Origin: Candidatus Bathyarchaeia archaeon
GTDB taxonomy: Archaea > Thermoproteota > Bathyarchaeia > 40CM-2-53-6
DNA length: 64,000 nucleotides
Direction: 5' to 3'
Assembly: GCA_050013255.1 (NCBI GenBank)
Contig: JBEKFP010000001.1
Location: 736,001 to 800,000 of the forward strand
The position numbers were made by a program, and so were the translations under genes. Every line of letters begins with the position of its first letter. Position 1 is the stretch's first letter. Positions 19,229 through 27,416 of this stretch are shown here, piece by piece. The notes under the pieces were generated by a model. It ran no database searches. It saw only the letters and a program-made list of their open reading frames with translations, and was not told the origin of the DNA.

Positions 19229-19771
19229 ATGCCGCTTTGGAACCTAGTTCTGAGTGGTTATCCGGGTTCTGGAAAGACGGTGCTAGCGCGGCGGCTGACC
19301 TCCGAAAACCGTAACTTCGTACGACTTAGCGTTGACGACTTGCGGAACATGTTCTTCAGCCCATTGGAACCCCCGAAGGAAGAGGAGTTCGTTTACAACG
19401 CTCTTGCCGCATTGCGCGACTTAACATTGAGAAACGGGCGGAGCGTGGTTTTGGATTCCACAGCGCCAAAGAACAGCACACGAGATTTTCTTCTGAACAC
19501 GAGAGTTGAAGGAGTCGTAACGCTCGTAGTACTCATGCTAGTAGAAAAGAACGAGCTAGAAGGCAGAAATCAGGAACGCGGCATGAAGGGTGTACTTGAC
19601 GCTTGGAATAAGGTTTGGGAAAACCCTTCACCATCAATACCTGTTATGAAATTTAGGAACAATTCGCTTACTGAATTTGAAACAAGCTACTACGTTCTGC
19701 AAGACCTTCTCAGGAGTAAAGTCAACCCATACAGACGCAGATTCCTAGGACACATCTACCCGAGAATCTAA
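19229..19771 (+). CDS. P-loop kinase (AAA_33; PSTK/Kti12/T4-PNK kinase-like)
   Basis: SGYPGSGKT Walker A, SVDDLR, VVLDST, RNxxR lid. Confidence 0.75.
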   Translation: MPLWNLVLSGYPGSGKTVLARRLTSENRNFVRLSVDDLRNMFFSPLEPPKEEEFVYNALAALRDLTLRNGRSVVLDSTAPKNSTRDFLLNTRVEGVVTLVVLMLVEKNELEGRNQERGMKGVLDAWNKVWENPSPSIPVMKFRNNSLTEFETSYYVLQDLLRSKVNPYRRRFLGHIYPRI

Positions 19772-19878
19772 TCGTTCTGTAAACGGCTGAACTTCGGAAA
19801 GTTTTAGAGTCAAATTCCTGCTGAAAATCTAGCACACTATCCGAGACTAATATGGGCGATCTGAAATTGGTCTTAGGC

Positions 19879-19884
19879 TTAATA
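19879..19884 (+). promoter_or_regulatory. Putative TATA box for the tRNA gene
   Basis: TTAATA about 30 nt upstream of tRNA G1. Confidence 0.45.
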
Positions 19885-19911
19885 CGTTCTTCAACATCGG
19901 ATTACGCGGGC

Positions 19912-20050
19912 GCCGGGGTAGCCTAGCTAGGTAAGGCGACAGAGCCCCCGGATAACCGGGACGTTGAACCTCGAGATCTGCAATTAGAATGGGCCAAGAT
20001 AGCTGTTGGTCCTCTGGGCCTCGTGGGTTCAAATCCCACCCCCGGCGCCA
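19912..20050 (+). tRNA. tRNA-Ser(CGA) with two introns (30/31: 19943-19968; 37/38: 19976-20000), CCA encoded
   Basis: Acceptor GCCGGGG/CCCCGGC, D-arm GCCT/AGGC, spliced anticodon arm ACAGC-CTCGAGA-GCTGT, long variable arm, GTGGG-TTCAAAT-CCCAC, G73-CCA; BHB helix CGAC/GTTG for intron 1. Confidence 0.93.
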
Positions 20051-20290
20051 ACTCGCTTCAGCTGTCAGTACCATTGGGAGTCTCGCCTGCCGTCCTATTC
20101 GTCCTAGGCTTCGATCATTCTCTCTTAAGTTGGATGGGGCCTGATCCTGAAGGTTCCGCCTGAAACGAAGTAACTCAATTTTCACGTGTCGTAGGCTGGT
20201 GAGGGAACACACACAAAAGAAGCCGATCATAGGTCAGCAACTGTATCGACACATTAAATTACAATGACACGTTGCCAATGATGAGCTAGT

Positions 20291-20497
20291 TTGTTTCCAT
20301 ACAGCGTATCCCTGTTGCTTTTCTTTTTCGTTCCTCTAGCGATATGGAGCTACTTCTGGAAGATCGTGGGTCTCTGGTTCTCTGCGAAAAGCAACGAGAA
20401 AGTATGGTTTGTAATCTTTGTTTTCGTAAATCTGGTCGGTATTTTGGAGCTCTATTATTTGCACTCAAGAAAACGCTGGCCCTTCGCACGTCAATAG
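20291..20497 (+). CDS. Small two-TM membrane protein (DUF5652-like)
   Basis: W..FWK..GLW.SA......WF......N..GILE..Y pattern. Confidence 0.7.
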   Translation: MFPYSVSLLLFFFVPLAIWSYFWKIVGLWFSAKSNEKVWFVIFVFVNLVGILELYYLHSRKRWPFARQ

Positions 20498-20537
20498 CGA
20501 CAACACTCTGAGAGGCGGGGCTAGGAAAGATGGGTCT

Positions 20538-20960
20538 CTAGTCATCGAACCGGTTTGTCCTCATTTGCCTAGCTTCGAGCTTATCCCTTTGCAGCGCGTC
20601 TATCTCAATCAGCATACCGGGGGCGACGAATTTTGCTTCGATTGTAGTTCTCGTTGGAGGGTTTTCTGGGAAAAATGCCTTGTACACTTCATTCATCTTC
20701 TTGAAGTCGTTCGCATCCTTCAAGAAAACCGAGACCTTAACGACGTCACGAATTGAGAATCCGCCTGCTTCAAGAATTGATTTGACATTGTTCAGAACTT
20801 GGCGGGTTTGAGTTTCAATGTCGGATCCAGCGGACTGTCCCGTTTTCGGATCGGTTGGTCCTTGGCCGGCCACAAACAGCAGGTTTCCCACTTTGATGCC
20901 TTGTGAGTAGGGTCCCGCAGGTTGGGGAGCGTTGGAAGTTTTCACAAACTGTTTTTCCAA
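20538..20960 (-). CDS. ridA: RidA/YjgF/UK114 reactive-intermediate deaminase
   Basis: GPYSQG, AGQ, V.V.L.D..DF..MN.VY, PP.R, LIEIDA. Confidence 0.9.
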   Translation of the reverse strand: MEKQFVKTSNAPQPAGPYSQGIKVGNLLFVAGQGPTDPKTGQSAGSDIETQTRQVLNNVKSILEAGGFSIRDVVKVSVFLKDANDFKKMNEVYKAFFPENPPTRTTIEAKFVAPGMLIEIDALQRDKLEARQMRTNRFDD

Positions 20961-21066
20961 TTCTTACCACTTCATCGCATCTATTTTTTCCGCTTGAAGA
21001 GTTTTCCTTCTTGGAGCATCTTCGAAGGAATCTGCCGTTTTCACATGTGTGTGTTCGGGATTTATT

Positions 21067-21747
21067 CTATTCTTTTCTTTTCGATAGCATAACTGCCATG
21101 ACGCGAGCTTGGTCGCACGCATCTTCGCATCGGTCCGCAGTATGCTCTACAGCTTCCAAGAATTGGCTGAGCAGAATAATCGACCCCACATGTATCCCGT
21201 CCGTTTCGATATCTTTGAGGATGCCCCGTGATTTCTGGTGTAGGCCGTCAACTTTCTCCTCCAACCTTTCAACTTGGTCGGCCGCTTTCAGGGATTCGTC
21301 GGTCTTCCCGTCCATAAGTTTTTGCACAGTGTCTGTGACGTGCACTGTGGCTTCGGTAGTTGTGGAGCACATTTCCTGTAGAACGTCTTGAATCTGCTTT
21401 GGCATTTTGGAGAGGTCGAACATGACGAGGATGCGGCTTGCTTCGTGTGCCCAGTCGGTTATCCAGTCAAGCTGCCGGCCTAGCCGCATCAGGTTGACGC
21501 GGTCCTCGGACGGTAATTCTCCACGTGCGAGTTCCTCTATGATCCGCCTTCGCAGGAGGTCCGCTTCATGCTCCTTCTGCTCAAGCAGGTGGAAGTTCTT
21601 CCCTAACTCCTCCTGCCTACCATTGATAGCGTCTTGGATACATTTTCCGAGCAACTCGACGGTGACTGTGGTCATTCTCGAGTGCTCAAGAACTAGGCCG
21701 ATTGCCTTCACGGTTCGACGTGCCAACAACCAATTCTCTAATGCCAT
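21067..21747 (-). CDS. DUF47 / PhoU-like phosphate transport regulator family protein
   Basis: EHEAD.LRR.I...L, LD.I.D, LEEKVD, E..ADRCED..D; start trimmed to MALENW. Confidence 0.85.
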   Translation of the reverse strand: MALENWLLARRTVKAIGLVLEHSRMTTVTVELLGKCIQDAINGRQEELGKNFHLLEQKEHEADLLRRRIIEELARGELPSEDRVNLMRLGRQLDWITDWAHEASRILVMFDLSKMPKQIQDVLQEMCSTTTEATVHVTDTVQKLMDGKTDESLKAADQVERLEEKVDGLHQKSRGILKDIETDGIHVGSIILLSQFLEAVEHTADRCEDACDQARVMAVMLSKRKE

Positions 21748-21780
21748 CTCATTACACCTCAATAATCATGACTCAATGAA

Positions 21781-22878
21781 TTACTCTAGGCTGATCTCCT
21801 TCTCCAACCCTTCTTTTGGATAGTCGAATAATAGCATATGCGCATCGTTGGCAAGGAGTACGCTAACGCTCTCACCCACCCTAAACCCAGTGCTATATTC
21901 AGCGGTGGACTCTTCAGTAATTAATTCAATTCCCCCGTCAACCTCAACAACGTAACGATTGAGGTTACCCAAGAAGGTCACCTGCTTGATTACCCCCTTC
22001 CATCCTACCTCCGAGGGCGTCGTCAATGGGACAAATTCAGGCCGAATCGATACGATAACCCTTTGACCAACTTTTTTCCCAAACCCGGAAACTCTGATCC
22101 TGTGCCCTTTGATATCCACTACGCACTGCGAGCCGTTCGTCTCCAAAACTTTTCCTTCTAGAAGATTGGTTTCGCCAACGAAATTCTCTGTAAACAGGTT
22201 CTGCGGTGCAATGTAAATGTCGGAGGGCTTACCGACCTCAACAATTCGGCCACTTTTCATTACTACCACGCGATCCGCAATGGACAGTGCTTCTTCTTGG
22301 TCGTGGGTCACATGGATTACTGTCAGGCCGAGGTCCGAGGCCAGTTTCCGCAGCTCGTACCGTAAGTCTGCTCTGACCAGGGCGTCTAAGGCTCCGAGTG
22401 GCTCATCTAGGAGGAAGAGGTGCGATCCGGTCGCTATGGCTCGACCTACTGCTACTTTCTGTTGCGCTCCGCCGCTCAGCTCCCTTGGATAGGCTTTCGA
22501 GCGGTCTCGTATGTTCATGAGGTCTAACATTTCGTTTGTGACGGTTGTTATTTCAGTTGATTCCGCATGCCTAACCGCGAGCCCGTAGGATAGGTTATCC
22601 CTAACTGACATGTGTGGAAAGAGAGCTACATCCTGGAACACGTAGCCAATCCGCCTATCTTCGATTGGGGTTTGTTCAACGGATTTACCTTCGATGAGAA
22701 TTTGGCCGCTGTCTGGTTTGTTGATGCCTGCGATGCACCGGATCAGTGTACTTTTGCCGCAGCCGCTCGGGCCGAGTATGCACACGTACTCTTTGTCTTC
22801 AACGTGAAGTGATACGTCGGCTAACGCATGAATGTTGCCGTAGATTTTTGACACTCCAACCAAGTCCAGCTTTGGCAG
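21781..22878 (-). CDS. ABC transporter ATP-binding subunit (PotA/FbpC-like, TOBE domain); probable CTG start
   Basis: GPSGCGKS, LSGGAQQ, LLDEP, HVTHDQEEA; CTG at 22878 gives MPKLDLVGVSKIYG, colinear with the paralogue's MPRVSFANVTKNFG. Confidence 0.9.
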   Translation of the reverse strand: MPKLDLVGVSKIYGNIHALADVSLHVEDKEYVCILGPSGCGKSTLIRCIAGINKPDSGQILIEGKSVEQTPIEDRRIGYVFQDVALFPHMSVRDNLSYGLAVRHAESTEITTVTNEMLDLMNIRDRSKAYPRELSGGAQQKVAVGRAIATGSHLFLLDEPLGALDALVRADLRYELRKLASDLGLTVIHVTHDQEEALSIADRVVVMKSGRIVEVGKPSDIYIAPQNLFTENFVGETNLLEGKVLETNGSQCVVDIKGHRIRVSGFGKKVGQRVIVSIRPEFVPLTTPSEVGWKGVIKQVTFLGNLNRYVVEVDGGIELITEESTAEYSTGFRVGESVSVLLANDAHMLLFDYPKEGLEKEISLE

Positions 22879-22879
22879 A

Positions 22880-23986
22880 TTATCCTACCTCCAACTCGTT
22901 CCTCAAGCCCTTCGCTGGATACTCGAAGACCATGGCATCGCCTTCAAGGAAACCTACCTGCACTTCTTCGCCTACCTTGAACGCGTCGTCCTCGCTTTCA
23001 GCGAACTGCCGTGAGGCAATGATGTCACCGTTCGGAATGCGAATCAAGTACTCTTTGGAATTTCCAAGGAATCTGACGCCGCGAATCTCGCCTTTGAAGA
23101 CGTTTTCCATTTCAAGTCGGTCGCGAGATATTCGAATGCGTTCCTTTCTCAAAGCTAGGATAACTGGCGCGGTGAGTGTCAGGGTTGTTGACGGTGCTTG
23201 GACCGTGAGACCACCCCTTACGCTAATCAACGCGGTCTCTCCCACCGTGGTGTCTACCATTCCTTCCAGGAAGCTTGCCCCTCCGATCATGTTGGCCACG
23301 AAGATGCTCGCAGGTCTCCTGTAGACTCTGCGCTGTGGCCCGTAATCTTGGATTCTTCCGTTTCTCAGAACCATGATTTCGTCACCAACGCTCATGGCCT
23401 CATCTTGGTCATGGGTCACGTGTATGGCTGTGAAACCTGACTGTTTCACGAGGTCTCGAAGCTTGTGGCGAAGGTCCAATCTTAGTCGCGCGTCCAGTGC
23501 ACCGAGCGGTTCGTCGAGAAGCAGTAAGCCTGCCCCTGATGCTAACCCCCTTGCCAAAGCGACCCGTTGCTGCATGCCACCGCTAAGTTCGTTCGGTAAC
23601 GCTTGGGCTCGCCACGACAGTCTCACTAAATCCAATGCCTTAGAGGCAGTCTCTAGTGCGATGGAAGCAGGTTTGCCTCTAGCTAATGGACCGAAGGCTA
23701 CGTTCTGTAGCACGGTGAGATGGGGAAAGAGTGCGTACTGCTGTGGAACGTAGACGGCGTTTCGATCCTGCGCATTTACATTGTTGACAGGTTTTCCATC
23801 AAAGTAGATCGTGCCTTCGTCAGGTTTTAGGAGACCGGCCAAAAGCTTGAGCAGTGTTGTTTTGCCGCTTCCCGTCGGCCCGAGAACGCACAGGTATTGG
23901 CCGTCACTGACATCAAATGAAACCCCGTCCAAGGCCACAACTTTACCGAAGTTCTTCGTGACGTTGGCAAAGCTCACTCGGGGCAT
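22880..23986 (-). CDS. ABC transporter ATP-binding subunit (PotA/FbpC-like, TOBE domain)
   Basis: GPTGSGKT, LSGGMQQR, LLDEP, HVTHDQDEA. Confidence 0.92.
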   Translation of the reverse strand: MPRVSFANVTKNFGKVVALDGVSFDVSDGQYLCVLGPTGSGKTTLLKLLAGLLKPDEGTIYFDGKPVNNVNAQDRNAVYVPQQYALFPHLTVLQNVAFGPLARGKPASIALETASKALDLVRLSWRAQALPNELSGGMQQRVALARGLASGAGLLLLDEPLGALDARLRLDLRHKLRDLVKQSGFTAIHVTHDQDEAMSVGDEIMVLRNGRIQDYGPQRRVYRRPASIFVANMIGGASFLEGMVDTTVGETALISVRGGLTVQAPSTTLTLTAPVILALRKERIRISRDRLEMENVFKGEIRGVRFLGNSKEYLIRIPNGDIIASRQFAESEDDAFKVGEEVQVGFLEGDAMVFEYPAKGLRNELEVG

Positions 23987-23989
23987 GCT

Positions 23990-25678
23990 CTATGCAATCT
24001 TCCTAGCTGAAATGCGGGTAGCGATCAGCCTAAGCATGACCAATGCGAGGAATGAAGTTGCTACCAGAAAACCGACTCCCAGTGCGCGTTCCGCCGGAGT
24101 CACTGCCACTGTTCCCCTAATCCAGCTAACTAGTAGTATGGGTGCGGTTTTGAGTGTTACAGCAACTGCGGACGTAGCACCCGTTTCGTCCACACTCCTG
24201 GTGAAGACTAAGATGGCTCCGGATAGCAAAGAATACTTTGTGAGGGGCAGCGTTATTTTTCGAAAGACTCGGAGAGGCTGGGCCCCTAATGTTTTCGCAG
24301 CGTCCTCGAGTTCGGGCGCTATTCCCTGAATCGAGGCCGCCATTGTACGAACGAAGTAGCTGTAAGTTATGGTGGTGTGGGCTAACACGATTACCCAGAA
24401 TTCTGGCAAAGTGCCCATGCTGCGCCAAAAGAAGTTCAACGAAACCCCTAGCGCAAGAGAAGGCACAATTATGGGGAGGTCGACGAGAGCATCAACAACC
24501 CTTGCCATCCTTGTCCCGAACCTGTTCCTCGCAATCAGGATAGCTACTGGCAAACCAGATACGATGTTAACGATGGTCGCTAAGACAGCTATCACATAAG
24601 AGAGGAACATACTCGACCAGAAAGCCTTCCAGGGCCCGACTCCGGCAAAGGCCTCAGTCGCCGTTCCTGCGGCAACAGCCTCTACTGCTGGTAAGGCGAT
24701 GAAAAGGCATGGAAGAAGGACGAATACTAGAAACACGATTAGGCTAATCGCATTCCTCGTTGCTACAACAGGTGACTTGCTTAGTTTTCTTTCAAGGTTA
24801 GGCCAAACCTTGAGCGGTGCAACTCTGATTCTCGGCGTGATGATTTTAATCAGTCCGAAAACTGTGAGCGACGAGACTATCATGATCGAGCTCGCGATAA
24901 CAACGGCTGCCGTTAAGCCTGATCCACGCACGTTGTTAATGAACACCGTTCCGTTCTCGAATGCTCCGGCCACAACTATAGTTGCCCCTGTTTCTGAGAG
25001 TGAACGCGCTAATGCCAACAGGAAAGCGGCCAATATACCGGGTCTAAGAATAGGCATCGTCACAGTTCGTACTGCAGTGAAAGCTGAAGCGCCGAGCGTT
25101 CGCGCGGCGACCTCGTAGGTCTCACGGTAGTTCAGAAATTCGCCAACCATTACGCGGACAATTACTGGAAATGAGAATGCGAAGTGGAGGAGCACAATCA
25201 GTATGACACCAGAACTCACAAAGCTCGTAGATCCGAATAGTTGTGCGAGACCCCCCGGGCTACTCCAGAACTCCAAGATTGAGAAACCCAAAGCTACAGT
25301 GGGAACTATGAATGGAATATCAGCAAGGCTATCGAGAATTGTTGTCCAATGCCCATGGCTTCTAACAATAAGCCAAGCCAACGGGATACCGCATAAAACA
25401 TCTAGAATTGAAACGACCAGTCCAATCACGAAGGACCATAATACGGCCCCTTCCATCCTTTTCAAAACAACAGGGCTCAAAGCCAAACTGGGAAGTGAAA
25501 ATAGTTGAACAACTATGCCTGCGATCGCGGGGGTTATTACGATTAAGATGAAGAAAATAACTGCAATCGAGTATACTCCCTTCGTAACAGCACCTCTAGC
25601 CGAGAAACGTTCCAAGATGAGAAGAAATCGCGCAGGAACCCTCGTTGAGTTGGCAGCCCTGGGTCGTGTGCCCTGCAC
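23990..25678 (-). CDS. ABC permease with two fused BPD_transp_1 domains (Fe3+/thiamine/oxyanion-type)
   Basis: Two EAA loops (YEVAARTLGA, LEDAAKTLGA) and two ETGAT motifs. Confidence 0.9.
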   Translation of the reverse strand: MQGTRPRAANSTRVPARFLLILERFSARGAVTKGVYSIAVIFFILIVITPAIAGIVVQLFSLPSLALSPVVLKRMEGAVLWSFVIGLVVSILDVLCGIPLAWLIVRSHGHWTTILDSLADIPFIVPTVALGFSILEFWSSPGGLAQLFGSTSFVSSGVILIVLLHFAFSFPVIVRVMVGEFLNYRETYEVAARTLGASAFTAVRTVTMPILRPGILAAFLLALARSLSETGATIVVAGAFENGTVFINNVRGSGLTAAVVIASSIMIVSSLTVFGLIKIITPRIRVAPLKVWPNLERKLSKSPVVATRNAISLIVFLVFVLLPCLFIALPAVEAVAAGTATEAFAGVGPWKAFWSSMFLSYVIAVLATIVNIVSGLPVAILIARNRFGTRMARVVDALVDLPIIVPSLALGVSLNFFWRSMGTLPEFWVIVLAHTTITYSYFVRTMAASIQGIAPELEDAAKTLGAQPLRVFRKITLPLTKYSLLSGAILVFTRSVDETGATSAVAVTLKTAPILLVSWIRGTVAVTPAERALGVGFLVATSFLALVMLRLIATRISARKIA

Positions 25679-25761
25679 CGTTCACTCAACCCAGCAAACT
25701 AGGCTTCAGACCACTTATGAACATGATGCGCTAAACCTGACATTAGAGATGGAAAACTAGG

Positions 25762-26664
25762 TTGGCGGGCATCATCCTGGTTACGGGGGCAGCTGGCAAG
25801 ACTGGACGAGCAATCATCACAGCACTGCTTGCAAGAAACCGGTCTGTTCGAGCCCTGGTTTATCGAGAGGAACAGGCCCAACCTCTCAAATCGGTCGGTG
25901 TTGATCAAGTAAAGGTTGGAGACATGCGTTCTGACGCTACAATCAGAGACGCTGTCCGGGGAGTCGAAGCGATTTATCATATCTGCCCCAATGTTGATCC
26001 CGACGAACTTTCAATTGGACGCACGATCATATCCAACGCTCGCGCTAGTGGCATAAGGCATTTCGTCTTCCATTCTGTTCTGCATCCACAAGTGGAATTG
26101 ATGCCGCACCATTGGTTGAAGCTCCGCGTTGAGGAAGCACTGTTAGAGTCGAACCTTCCATTCACAGTCCTGCAACCCGCGGCGTACATGCAGAACGTAT
26201 TGTCTCAATTGGAGGAAATGGTGGAGCGCGGCATATACTCCGTCCCATACTCTCCTGAAGCGCCCATGAGTTTGGTGGATCTTGACGATGTTGCACAAGC
26301 AGCCGCTACCGTCCTCTGCGAACCCGGCCACGTAGGGAGCATTTACGAGCTAGCGGGGCCGGAGGTCTTGACGCCACGTGAAATAGCGGCGGCCATTGGG
26401 AATCGTTTGGGAAGAGATGTGCGCGCGGAACAGACTTCTATAGAAAACTGGAGGCGCCAAGCTGAGGGCTCCGGGTTAGGTAGATACAGAATTGAAACCC
26501 TAGCCAAGATGTTCCACTACTACGATCGCTATGGTCTTTGGGCCAACTCACGAATTCTACGTAACCTGATCGGGCGCTCACCTACAACTTTTCATGAATT
26601 CATAGAGCGCACCCTACGCGAACGACAGTCTCAGAACAAGATCTTACGTTCAAAGGAATTGTAG
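25762..26664 (+). CDS. NmrA-like NAD(P)-binding atypical SDR
   Basis: ILVTGAAGKTG, HH..K..VEE.L, LQPA.YMQN, VDLDDVA, YELAGPE. Confidence 0.88.
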   Translation: MAGIILVTGAAGKTGRAIITALLARNRSVRALVYREEQAQPLKSVGVDQVKVGDMRSDATIRDAVRGVEAIYHICPNVDPDELSIGRTIISNARASGIRHFVFHSVLHPQVELMPHHWLKLRVEEALLESNLPFTVLQPAAYMQNVLSQLEEMVERGIYSVPYSPEAPMSLVDLDDVAQAAATVLCEPGHVGSIYELAGPEVLTPREIAAAIGNRLGRDVRAEQTSIENWRRQAEGSGLGRYRIETLAKMFHYYDRYGLWANSRILRNLIGRSPTTFHEFIERTLRERQSQNKILRSKEL

Positions 26665-26773
26665 AGACATGTCGGTGTTGGCAAACATGTCGCACCTTTA
26701 CATACATTCAGGCGCCTGCGGACGCTTTCCGAATACTCTCAAGGCCCTGCCTTGGCCGACCTTACCACCTCTC

Positions 26774-26835
26774 GGCGGGTGGGGTCATTTGGAGACACCC
26801 CCCCTGGTGGGGGGGGGGGGGTGGGGATACCCGCC
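26774..26835. repeat. GC-rich palindrome containing C7 and G13 homopolymer tracts
   Basis: GGCGGGT(26774-80)/ACCCGCC(26829-35) enclose C7 (26798-804) and G13 (26809-21). Confidence 0.6.
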
Positions 26836-27037
26836 CACCTTCTGTCTCGTTGTCTCATAGAGTTCGGGTGCATTACACTCAATCATTGAATGTGTATGCT
26901 GGCCAATACATTCGTGAACCAATTTGCCGTAGGCTATGTATGGCTAGCGATGTTCCCGCGAAGATTTGCCTCACCAATTTGAGATTGATTCTGGAGGCGC
27001 CGTAAAGAAAGTAAAGGCCGTATTCTGAATACGGCTC

Positions 27038-27310
27038 ATGCGCAAGCGTAAGGATGACGAGTTTTATCTTTACTTCATAGTCCGGTCAATGTTGATGGGT
27101 TTACTGGGCGCGTCAATATTCTCAGTGATTATATCGCTGCTGAACACTTCCCAGTTGCCCTATGTACTTTCCATATCGGCCGGGAGCTTCTTCATTGTAA
27201 TGTTCATCACCCGAGTGTTCGATAAGCAGATTAGAAGTTTGGTTGAAAAAATACTGGAGGAATTAGAGAAGTGGCCTGGAGCCAAGAACTTCCTTTTGAA
27301 ACACTTCTAA
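27038..27310 (+). CDS. Small two-TM hypothetical membrane protein
   Basis: ATG ORF of 90 aa with two hydrophobic segments and an amphipathic tail. Confidence 0.65.
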   Translation: MRKRKDDEFYLYFIVRSMLMGLLGASIFSVIISLLNTSQLPYVLSISAGSFFIVMFITRVFDKQIRSLVEKILEELEKWPGAKNFLLKHF

Positions 27311-27416
27311 CGCTCTTCATTCCGTAGAGTCTCGCGTAGTGGTTGCTTCGGGACGAAGGGAAAAAGAAAGAAGCGGGGAGGTTTAGCCGGCGTTGTTTTG
27401 CTTAGTCGAGTTGGGG

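Noticed and set aside
19939-20006. Alternative tRNA splicing giving an ACAGA/TCTGT anticodon stem, or a tRNA-Sec interpretation
   Set aside because: The 30/31 + 37/38 model gives a perfect ACAGC/GCTGT stem and a clean BHB; the anticodon is CGA with a normal 7/5 acceptor/T-stem, not a Sec tRNA
19847-20230. 127-aa minus-strand ORF
   Set aside because: Antisense to the tRNA gene; WRRGWDLNPR is the typical tRNA shadow translation
20051-20540. Integrated element at the tRNA 3' end
   Set aside because: No integrase in the window and I found no duplicated tRNA 3' end (att site)
26669-26860. 63-aa ORF spanning the G tract
   Set aside because: No recognisable features; the frame depends on homopolymer length
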